From Oscillospiraceae bacterium (GTDB taxonomy: Bacteria > Bacillota > Clostridia > UBA1381 > UBA9506), in contig SVKE01000001.1 of NCBI GenBank assembly GCA_015068615.1, positions 42,679-106,678 on the forward strand: DNA of 64,000 nucleotides, written 5' to 3'. The translations under genes were made by a program, and so were the position numbers. This document shows positions 57,325 through 64,000 of this stretch, in pieces (the first letter of the stretch is position 1; each line of letters opens with the position of its first letter). The notes under the pieces were generated by a model that made no database searches, was not told the DNA's origin, and was given only the letters and a program-made list of their open reading frames with translations.

Positions 57325-57963
57325 ATGCATTATTTGTTTGATATGGATGGCGTTCTGGTCAATTCCGGTCCGGTGATACGTCGTGCTGCGCTGGAGGCCT
57401 TGCGCTCCTATGGCGTTTTAGCCTGCGAGGAGGATTTCCGCCCCTTTGTAGGCGCGGGGGAGGCACGTTTTGTCGGTGGCGTTGCCGAGAAATACGGAGT
57501 GCCCTACGAGCCGGCCATGAAGGACAAAACCTATGAAATTTATCTGCAATATGTGGCAGAAGGCCTCGTGGTGTATCCCAATACCAAAAAGGTTCTGCAA
57601 GAGCTGACGGCCAGAGGAGATACAGTTTCTCTTGCCTCCAGTGCTGATTTTATTAAGGTTGAGGCCAATATGAAAACAGCCGGTATTCCTCTGGAGCTGT
57701 TTGCAACCATTATCAGCGGAGACGATGCGGCACGGAAAAAACCATTTCCAGACATTTTTACAACGGCGATAGAGCGTTTGGGCGTCAGTCCGGCACAATG
57801 TCTTGTGGTGGAGGATGCCCTCAACGGAATTCAGGCAGCAAAAGCAGCCGGCGTGCGGGTGGCGGCGGTGACAACCAGCTTCTCCAGACAACAGCTTGCA
57901 CAGGAGAAGCCGGATTTTATCATAGATGATTTGGCAGAGTTATTAACCTTACCACTTAACTAA
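57325..57963 (+). CDS. HAD-IA hydrolase (beta-phosphoglucomutase / phosphoglycolate phosphatase-like)
   Basis: 212 aa. FDMDGVLV nucleophile motif, S/T motif (LASSA), KKPFPDIF and VEDALNGIQAAKAAG. Confidence 0.85.
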   Translation: MHYLFDMDGVLVNSGPVIRRAALEALRSYGVLACEEDFRPFVGAGEARFVGGVAEKYGVPYEPAMKDKTYEIYLQYVAEGLVVYPNTKKVLQELTARGDTVSLASSADFIKVEANMKTAGIPLELFATIISGDDAARKKPFPDIFTTAIERLGVSPAQCLVVEDALNGIQAAKAAGVRVAAVTTSFSRQQLAQEKPDFIIDDLAELLTLPLN

Positions 57964-57972
57964 AAGAAAAGT

Positions 57973-57988
57973 GGCTGTAGCAAAATGC
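57973..57988. repeat. half-copy (left hairpin arm + loop) of the dispersed repeat
   Basis: GGCTGTAGCAAAATGC is identical to 13749-13764, but the complementary right arm is missing here. Confidence 0.5.
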
Positions 57989-58119
57989 CCAGACCGTGCA
58001 AAGCATAAAAAGCCTATCATGGCAGCACATTGTAATTGGAAAGAGATTATAAGAATAAAATTATAATGAGTGGTAAAAAATTGTTTTAAAACGATTTTTA
58101 GATTAAAATGCTTTGCACT

Positions 58120-58177
58120 TTGGACAAACTTCGCCTCTTGCTGTACCTCTGTACAGCAAGAGGCGAAGTTTGTCCAA
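58120..58177. repeat. 27-bp perfect inverted repeat with 4-nt loop
   Basis: TTGGACAAACTTCGCCTCTTGCTGTAC-CTCT-GTACAGCAAGAGGCGAAGTTTGTCCAA. No flanking T-run. Confidence 0.9.
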
Positions 58178-58178
58178 T

Positions 58179-58237
58179 CTGCGCTATTTTGCGTCCATCC
58201 CCAAAAGGGGCTGTAGCATTTCGCTACAGCCCCTTTT
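58179..58237. repeat. dispersed ~58-bp intergenic repeat, copy B (bidirectional terminator hairpin downstream of hydA)
   Basis: CTGCGCTATTTTGCGTCCATCCCCAAAAGGGGCTGTAGCATTTCGCTACAGCCCCTTTT. It has the same 11-bp stem as copy A, but the 5-nt loop differs. Confidence 0.8.
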
Positions 58238-58268
58238 ATGCTTTGGGCTTTTTTACAGCCCGACCTTT

Positions 58269-60011
58269 TTAATATTTCGGTCTTTCATGATAGTGTGTAT
58301 GCAAAAGCTGGTGGGATTTGTGGCCGCAGGGCTCACCCAGATATTCCTCGTACAGCTTTTGGATATAGGGATTTTCGTGAGATTTTCTGTAGGTCAGGCT
58401 CTTATCCTCTGCATACAGGGCTTTGGCGCGCTCTGCCTTTAGATCAATCTCTGCCATAACCTTTGCAGATTGAATTGGCTGACCGCCTCCGGTTACGCAA
58501 CCACCGGGGCAAGCCATAACCTCAATGAAGTGGTAATTGGCTTCGCCGCGTCTAATTGCTTCTAAGAGCTTTCTGGCATTGCCCAGGCCGTGTGCAACAG
58601 CCAGCTTCACCTCGAGGTCGCCAACCTTCACGCTGGCTTCCTTAATGCCCTCTGTGCCTCTTACATCGTGATATTCTATGTTTGTCAGTGAGTCGCCGGT
58701 TAAGATATCGGCCACGGTACGCAGGGCAGCTTCCATAACGCCGCCGGTTGCACCAAAGATTACGCCGGCACCTGTTGCTTCATCACCAAAGGGTGAATCA
58801 AAGACGGCGTCCTGAAGCTTTGCAAAGTCGATACCGGCTTCCTTAATCATTTTTGCCAGCTCGCGTGTGGTGATAACTGTGTCTACATCCTGATAGCCTG
58901 TGCCGGCCAGCTCGTTGCGCTGTGCCTCAAACTTTTTAGCGGTACAGGGCATAACGGATACCACATAGATATTCTCGGGAGCTATACCGGCTTTTTCAGC
59001 ATAGTAGGATTTTAAGATGGCACCATACATCTCATGGGGAGATTTGGCGGTGGACAGGTTATCCAGAAAATCGGGGAAGTTGTGCTCGCAGAATTTAACC
59101 CAGCCCGGACTGCAGGAGGTAATCAGCGGCAGCTTTCCGCCTTCTTTAATGCGGTTTAGAAGCTCCGTGCCCTCTTCCATGATGGTGAGGTCGGCAGCAA
59201 AGTCGGTATCAAACACCTTATCAAAGCCTAAAAGCTTTAACGCAGCGGCCATCTTGCCGGTTACCGGTGTGCCGATGGGCATGCCAAATTCCTCGCCGAG
59301 TGCGGCGCGAACTGCCGGTGCAGTCTGCACAACCACATGCTTTTCGGGGTCGGCCAGAGCCTTCCAGACAGGAGCAATGCTATCCTTTTCGCGAAGCGCA
59401 CCAACAGGGCAATGTGCAATACACTGACCGCACATAACGCAATCGGTTTCATTTAAGGATTTTTCAAAGGAACAACCGATTTTGGTGTTAAAGCCTCTTT
59501 CAACAGCATCGATGACACCAACGGTCTGCACCTTTTGGCAGACAGCTACGCAGCGACGGCAGAGGATACATTTGTTATTATCGCGCACAATAGAGGGTGA
59601 GAAATCGTCAACGGTGTGATTCAGCATATCGCCCTCGTAGGCAATGTCTGTTACATTGAGCTCTTCTGCCAGCTGCTGCAGCTCACAGTTGCGGTTTCTT
59701 GCACAAGTCAAGCATTTCTTTTCGTGGTTTGAGAGCATCAGCTCCAGAACAGTTTTTCTGGCCTTTCTGACGCGGGGTGTTGAGGTGAATACCTCCATGC
59801 CCTCGCTGACTGGATATACACAAGCGGTTGCCAGCGCTCTGGCACCTTTGATTTCTACCAGGCACATTCTGCATGCGCCGATTTCGTTAATATCTTTTAA
59901 ATAGCAAAGCGTAGGAATGTCAATGCCGGCCTGACGGGCGGCTTGCAGCACGGTGTAATCCTTGGGAACCGAAACGCTTTGACCATTGATTGTAAGTGTA
60001 ACCTTTTCCAT
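58269..60011 (-). CDS. hydA: [FeFe] hydrogenase catalytic subunit (HydA, group A3 bifurcating type)
   Basis: 580 aa. N-terminal 2Fe-2S ferredoxin fold (TINGQSVSVP...TLCY), His-ligated and 2x[4Fe-4S] cluster motifs, and H-cluster motifs TSCSPGW, MPCTAKKFE and ACPGGC. Confidence 0.95.
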   Translation of the reverse strand: MEKVTLTINGQSVSVPKDYTVLQAARQAGIDIPTLCYLKDINEIGACRMCLVEIKGARALATACVYPVSEGMEVFTSTPRVRKARKTVLELMLSNHEKKCLTCARNRNCELQQLAEELNVTDIAYEGDMLNHTVDDFSPSIVRDNNKCILCRRCVAVCQKVQTVGVIDAVERGFNTKIGCSFEKSLNETDCVMCGQCIAHCPVGALREKDSIAPVWKALADPEKHVVVQTAPAVRAALGEEFGMPIGTPVTGKMAAALKLLGFDKVFDTDFAADLTIMEEGTELLNRIKEGGKLPLITSCSPGWVKFCEHNFPDFLDNLSTAKSPHEMYGAILKSYYAEKAGIAPENIYVVSVMPCTAKKFEAQRNELAGTGYQDVDTVITTRELAKMIKEAGIDFAKLQDAVFDSPFGDEATGAGVIFGATGGVMEAALRTVADILTGDSLTNIEYHDVRGTEGIKEASVKVGDLEVKLAVAHGLGNARKLLEAIRRGEANYHFIEVMACPGGCVTGGGQPIQSAKVMAEIDLKAERAKALYAEDKSLTYRKSHENPYIQKLYEEYLGEPCGHKSHQLLHTHYHERPKY

Positions 60012-60032
60012 TTTAAAACCTTCCTCCTCTCA

Positions 60033-61829
60033 TTATTGTACGGTGATTGCCTTGAAGGGACATTTTTCAACACAGGCGCCGCATTTGATACATTTTGCAG
60101 GGTCAATGCTGAAGGGGCTCTTCACTTCGCCGGAGATGGCACCCACAGGACACTGCTTTGCGCACAGGCTGCAGCCCTTACATTTGTCGGCTACAATCAC
60201 ATAATTGAGCAAATCCTTGCAGACGCCGGCGGGACAACGCTTGTCTACCACGTGGGCAATGTACTCATCCTTAAAGTAGCGCAGGGTGGAAAGCACCGGG
60301 TTCGGTGCTGTCTGGCCCAGACCACAGAGAGCGGACTCCTTAATGTCATATGCCAGAGCCTCCAGCTTGTCAAGGTCCTCCATGGTGCCCTTGCCCTTAG
60401 TGATTCTGGTTAAAATTTCAAGCATGCGCTTCGTGCCGATTCGGCAGGGGGTACATTTACCGCAGGATTCATCAACAGTGAATTCCAAGAAGAATTTCGC
60501 GATGTCAACCATGCAGTTGTCCTCGTCCATAACAATCAAGCCACCGGAGCCCATCATGGAGCCGATTTGGATGAGGGAGTCATAATCAATGGGAACATCC
60601 ATTAAAGAGGCAGGGATACAACCGCCGGAGGGGCCGCCTGTCTGTGCTGCCTTAAACTTTTTACCGCCGGGAATGCCGCCGCCGATTTCTTCCACAATCT
60701 CGCGGAGGGTGGTACCCATGGGGATTTCCACCAGACCGGTGTTATTGATTTTTCCGCCCAAAGCAAATACCTTGGTGCCCTTGCTCTTTTCGGTGCCGAT
60801 AGAGGAAAACCAATCTGCACCGTTTAAGATAATTTGCGGAATGTTGGCATAGGTTTCTACGTTGTTTAAAAGAGTCGGCTTTCCGAACAGACCCTTCACA
60901 GCCGGGAAGGGCGGACGGGGTCTTGGCTCGCCGCGCTTGCCCTCAATGGAGGTCATCAAAGCAGTTTCCTCACCGCAGACAAAGGCGCCTGCGCCGAGAC
61001 GAATTTCCAAATCGAAGTTAAAGCCGGTGTCAAAAATATTTTCGCCCAAAAGGCCGTATTCCTTTGCCTGATCGATTGCAATCTGCAAGCGCTCTACGGC
61101 GATGGGGTACTCGGCACGGATGTAAATGTAACCCTGTTCGGCATTGATGGCATAAGCCGCAATTGCCATGGCTTCAATGACCGCATGGGGGTCGCCCTCC
61201 AGCACGCTTCTGTCCATGAATGCGCCCGGGTCACCCTCGTCGGCATTACAGCAGACGAATTTGCCCTCTACATTAGGAGAATTGGCTGCCAGCATCCATT
61301 TAACGCCGGTGGGGAAGCCACCGCCGCCACGGCCACGCAGACCGGATTTTTTAATTTCTTCAATAACGTCCTCCGGCTTCATTTCCGTCAGAACCTTACC
61401 CAAGGCACGGTAACCATCCACGGCTATGTACTCTTCAATGTTTTCGGGGTTGATAACGCCGCAGTTGCGCAAAGCGATTCTCTGCTGCTTTTTATAGAAA
61501 TCAACCTCATTTAAAGACTTAACTGCGCTTTCCTCTACGGTTTCTTCATACAAAAGACGCTTTACAATACGTCCTTTTAGCAGATGCTCAGAAACAATTT
61601 CCTCAACATCCTCAGGCTTTACCATGCTGTAGAAGGAGCCTTCGGGATATACAATGACAACAGGGCCTAAGGCACACAGACCAAAGCAGCCGGTCTGGAT
61701 GACCTTTACTTCCTTTTCAAGGCCCTTTGCGATGATCTGAGCTTCAAATTCCTTCATGACCTTTTGGCTGCCGGAAGAGGTACAGCCTGTACCGCCGCAG
61801 ACCAAAACGGTTGATCTTGCAAATTCCAT
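60033..61829 (-). CDS. hydB: NuoF-like NAD(P)H-binding flavoprotein subunit of bifurcating hydrogenase (HydB/HndC)
   Basis: The ORF track starts at 61877. I prefer the MEFARST start at 61829, which has AAGGAGG upstream. N-terminal thioredoxin-like 2Fe-2S domain, GRGGGGFPTG FMN/NADH site, SLBB domain, ESCGKCTPCR, and two C-terminal ferredoxin CxxCxxCxxxCP motifs. Confidence 0.93.
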   Translation of the reverse strand: MEFARSTVLVCGGTGCTSSGSQKVMKEFEAQIIAKGLEKEVKVIQTGCFGLCALGPVVIVYPEGSFYSMVKPEDVEEIVSEHLLKGRIVKRLLYEETVEESAVKSLNEVDFYKKQQRIALRNCGVINPENIEEYIAVDGYRALGKVLTEMKPEDVIEEIKKSGLRGRGGGGFPTGVKWMLAANSPNVEGKFVCCNADEGDPGAFMDRSVLEGDPHAVIEAMAIAAYAINAEQGYIYIRAEYPIAVERLQIAIDQAKEYGLLGENIFDTGFNFDLEIRLGAGAFVCGEETALMTSIEGKRGEPRPRPPFPAVKGLFGKPTLLNNVETYANIPQIILNGADWFSSIGTEKSKGTKVFALGGKINNTGLVEIPMGTTLREIVEEIGGGIPGGKKFKAAQTGGPSGGCIPASLMDVPIDYDSLIQIGSMMGSGGLIVMDEDNCMVDIAKFFLEFTVDESCGKCTPCRIGTKRMLEILTRITKGKGTMEDLDKLEALAYDIKESALCGLGQTAPNPVLSTLRYFKDEYIAHVVDKRCPAGVCKDLLNYVIVADKCKGCSLCAKQCPVGAISGEVKSPFSIDPAKCIKCGACVEKCPFKAITVQ

Positions 61830-61845
61830 GTTCTGTATTCCTCCT

Positions 61846-62217
61846 TTATTCTTGTGCAGCACCAATGGTGAGGTCATTTACAACGCGGCCGTTAACAATG
61901 TGCTCGCTGATGATTCGTTGTGCCTTTTCAGGAGACATTTTTACATATGTCACTTTTTCCTGTCCGGGCACCATAACCTCAACAATGGGCTCTAATCTGC
62001 ACATGCCGATACAACCGGTCTGTGCAACGGTTACATGCTCTAAGTTCCGCTTGCCGACTTCCTCAACCAAAGCGTTTAAAACGGGTCGGGCACCGGCTGC
62101 GATACCGCAGGTTGCCATGCCGACAACGATGCGGGTTGTGTGGTCGTCATCCTGACGCATAGCCACCTGATTCTTAACCTTGTTTTTTATGGCCTCAAGC
62201 TCAGCTAAACTTTTCAT
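61846..62217 (-). CDS. thioredoxin-like [2Fe-2S] ferredoxin (HndB-like)
   Basis: 123 aa. The GMATCGIAAGA ... TGCIGMCRLEP Cys pattern is typical of the small 2Fe-2S subunit in hnd/hyd operons. Confidence 0.8.
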   Translation of the reverse strand: MKSLAELEAIKNKVKNQVAMRQDDDHTTRIVVGMATCGIAAGARPVLNALVEEVGKRNLEHVTVAQTGCIGMCRLEPIVEVMVPGQEKVTYVKMSPEKAQRIISEHIVNGRVVNDLTIGAAQE

Positions 62218-62305
62218 ATCGATTAAACTCCATTCTCACGGCGGCACAGGCCGACCGTGTATTATTTTATCTGCACGCACCTACGTGCGAGGAAGGCTGT
62301 TTGTT

Positions 62306-62902
62306 TTAAGAAGGGTTTCGGAGTTCTGCAAGACCCTCTTTTATGTATTCTGTCAGCCACAGAATAATGTCCGGACCCGAAAGCTCTACATCTTCTAAAA
62401 TCTGTCTGACTTCGCGGGTGTCTAATGTGAATTCCCTGCCGTTTATCAGATGATGGTAGAGGATATCAACATTGGGGTTGCCGGATAGAACGGTTGTGAC
62501 AGTTTGCGCCATATCACCCAGCGGCTGCCGGTCAATGTGGTCATATACAAAGACGGTCACCACCTTGGTGCCTTTGCCCTTCTGCGATTCAATGGTAAGA
62601 TTGCCGCCGGTAGCTTCGGCAGCTGCCTTAAACAGCGAAAGCCCCATACCCACCTTGCGGGTGGTGCGGGTGGTGCGAAAAGGGTCGGTCACGGTTTTTA
62701 AAAAAGACTCATCCATGCCACAGCCATCATCTGTGATTTCTACCGTCAGCCGATTTGAGAGCGTGTCCTCAGAAATGGTGACACCAATCAAGCCGGCACC
62801 GGCTTTCACAGAATTGTTCATAATATCCAGAATGTGCAAAGATATTTCCAACATAGGCCGTTTTTTAGTTGTATTTGGCAAGGATGCCGTCAATTTCATC
62901 AA
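62306..62902 (-). CDS. orphan GHKL (histidine-kinase-like) ATPase domain protein embedded in the hydrogenase operon
   Basis: N-box-like LHILDIMNNSVKAG, G1 box DDGCGM and G2-like VGMGLSL. No DHp/His phosphoacceptor region. Start uncertain: TTG 62902, ATG 62899 or ATG 62854. Confidence 0.75.
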   Translation of the reverse strand: MMKLTASLPNTTKKRPMLEISLHILDIMNNSVKAGAGLIGVTISEDTLSNRLTVEITDDGCGMDESFLKTVTDPFRTTRTTRKVGMGLSLFKAAAEATGGNLTIESQKGKGTKVVTVFVYDHIDRQPLGDMAQTVTTVLSGNPNVDILYHHLINGREFTLDTREVRQILEDVELSGPDIILWLTEYIKEGLAELRNPS

Positions 62903-63359
62903 CTGTCAGCTTGCCGTATACATCGTCGTTGATGGTGATGACGGGAGCAAGGCCGCAGGCACCGATACAACGGGTTGCATCAATGGAGAATTTGCCGTCT
63001 GCCGTGCATTCACCCTCTGCAATACCCAGCTTTTCCTTAAGCTTATCCAGCAAATCGCCGGACCCCTTAACATAGCAGGCCGTACCCAGGCAAACACCAA
63101 TCTTATACTGGCCCTTGGGCTGGGTGGTAAACTGGGTGTAAAAGGTAACAACACCATAAATCTCAGCCATGGTAACCTCTAAATTCTTAGCAATTATGGT
63201 TTGCACCTCGATGGGAAGATAGCCATAAATTTCCTGTGCTTCGTGGAGCACGGGGATCAAGGCACCGTCGGTTCCTTTGTAGCGATTGATGACTTCAATC
63301 AGCTGTGCTTCCTGTTCCTTGGTCCCACTAAAAGCGACTGTTTGTTTTTCGTTCAACAA
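62865..63359 (-). CDS. hydC: NuoE-like [2Fe-2S] subunit of bifurcating hydrogenase (HydC/HndA)
   Basis: 164 aa with a TTG start and AGGGGG SD. Motifs: GKYQIGVCLGTACYVKG ... CIGACGLAPV. Confidence 0.9.
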   Translation of the reverse strand: MLNEKQTVAFSGTKEQEAQLIEVINRYKGTDGALIPVLHEAQEIYGYLPIEVQTIIAKNLEVTMAEIYGVVTFYTQFTTQPKGQYKIGVCLGTACYVKGSGDLLDKLKEKLGIAEGECTADGKFSIDATRCIGACGLAPVITINDDVYGKLTVDEIDGILAKYN

Positions 63360-63458
63360 AGATACCCCCTTTTTTTATTTCCGCGGCAAATGCCGCAATG
63401 TTTACATCGTTGGAACATCACCGCCACCGAGAAAAGTAACGGCTTTAGAACCTTATTA

Positions 63459-63487
63459 ATTATACCATCTTTAAATAAAAAAGTCTA
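63459..63487 (-). promoter_or_regulatory. possible extended -10 promoter of the hydrogenase operon
   Basis: The minus strand reads TAGACT, 17-nt spacer, TATAAT, with TGG immediately 5' of the -10. Leaves a leader of about 100 nt. Confidence 0.35.
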
Positions 63488-63637
63488 TAGATTTTATTTA
63501 TATTTATTAATTTTTTATGATTTTTGGCTGTTTTTCATAAAAAAATTTGACATCTATGTTTATAATAAATAAATTTTTAAAGTTAAGTAAATTATGCTTT
63601 ATTTAGCAGAATTTTTATGATATACTAGTAATAACAA

Positions 63638-64000
63638 ATGGATAATGGATGTGGTGTTTTGCTCGGAATTATTAATTTGAACAAGCCCGCGGGCAAAACC
63701 TCTCATGATATGGTGGCGCTTTGCCGGCGGTTATTGCAGCAAAAGCGCGTAGGGCATGCCGGCACGCTGGATCCCTGCGCAGAGGGTGTGCTTCCGATTC
63801 TGGTGGGGAAGGCCACGGCTCTTTCAGAACTCCTGGTGGAAAAGACAAAAACCTACATCGCCCGGGTGCGCCTGGGTGTTGAAACCGATACATATGATAT
63901 GACAGGCACGGTGACGGCCTGTTCAGATCGGCGGTTTTCCCCGGCAGAGATTCAGGCGGCGGCCGAGACTTTTTTGGGGGAGATAGAACAGCTTCCGCCC
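63638..64000 (+). CDS. truB: tRNA pseudouridine(55) synthase TruB (3' end outside the window)
   Basis: Frame open from ATG 63638 to the window end. GIINLNKPAGKTSHDMV and HAGTLDPCAEGVLPILVGKAT contain the catalytic Asp motif. The TTG at 63659 is an alternative start. Confidence 0.88.
   Translation, partial: MDNGCGVLLGIINLNKPAGKTSHDMVALCRRLLQQKRVGHAGTLDPCAEGVLPILVGKATALSELLVEKTKTYIARVRLGVETDTYDMTGTVTACSDRRFSPAEIQAAAETFLGEIEQLPP

Noticed and set aside
57996-58118. 11-bp inverted repeat (GTGCAAAGCAT / ATGCTTTGCAC) flanking a ~100-nt AT-rich core, as possible MITE ends
   Set aside because: By a rough estimate, an 11-bp inverted match within ~120 nt is expected about once by chance in a 64-kb window. 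There are no target-site duplications and no second copy.
58113-58442. 109-aa plus-strand ORF starting in the hairpin/repeat region and running antisense into hydA
   Set aside because: It is composed of the palindrome, the repeat element and hydA antisense sequence, and has no SD. It is an artefact.
62472-63182. 236-aa plus-strand ORF spanning the GHKL ATPase and nuoE-like genes in antisense
   Set aside because: It crosses the boundary of two convincingly coding minus-strand genes and has no recognisable domain or translation signals. It is a shadow ORF.

Overview
This 64-kb window looks like core chromosome from a spore-forming Clostridia-class Firmicute. G+C is roughly 50% by eye. Lineage markers include spoIIE, spoIIM, a SipL/SpoVID-like coat morphogenetic gene, whiA and an electron-bifurcating [FeFe]-hydrogenase operon. 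Coding density is high, with about 57 protein genes. I found no rRNA or tRNA genes, no CRISPR array, no intact mobile element and no recognisable defence island. Gene order, left to right: GH38 mannosidase (5' partial), dnaE, putP, a sugar-isomerase/AraC pair, fba. Then a sporulation-flavoured trio: a degenerate Mur-ligase-like orphan, a SPOCS+LysM protein and a Cys-rich protein. Next, on the minus strand, comes a complete dcw cluster (mraZ-rsmH-ftsL-pbp-murE-murF-mraY-ftsW-murG-murA-ftsQ-DUF881-sbp-ftsZ) that lacks murD, murC/murB and ftsA. It continues with an SLH protein, mnmG, yicC-remA-gmk-rpoZ-rimO-pgsA, a HAD phosphatase, an AT-rich truncated RAYT/IS200-like gene, uppP and a TIGR01440 gene. 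Then a blaI-like repressor, an M56 (BlaR1-like) protein whose sensor is an LCP domain, and a second SLH protein. After that come spoIIE, a double CxxC...CxxH protein, coaE, a lytic transglycosylase, an ApbE gene remnant, polA, whiA, rqcH, purA, spoIIM, xerD and a TIM-barrel/HAD pair. The window ends with the hydCBA-type hydrogenase operon, which carries an embedded orphan GHKL ATPase, and the 5' part of truB. The most unusual item is the BlaI / M56-LCP / SLH module at 39.55-43.0 kb. It looks like a BlaR1-type proteolytic derepression switch whose beta-lactam sensor has been replaced by a partly degenerate LCP domain. Secondary curiosities are a dispersed ~58-bp terminator-containing repeat (two and a half copies), a 27-bp perfect hairpin, a textbook MraZ operator and several gene remnants. 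Most of the window is ordinary housekeeping DNA. All functional calls rest on my recognition of motifs in the translations, not on database searches.
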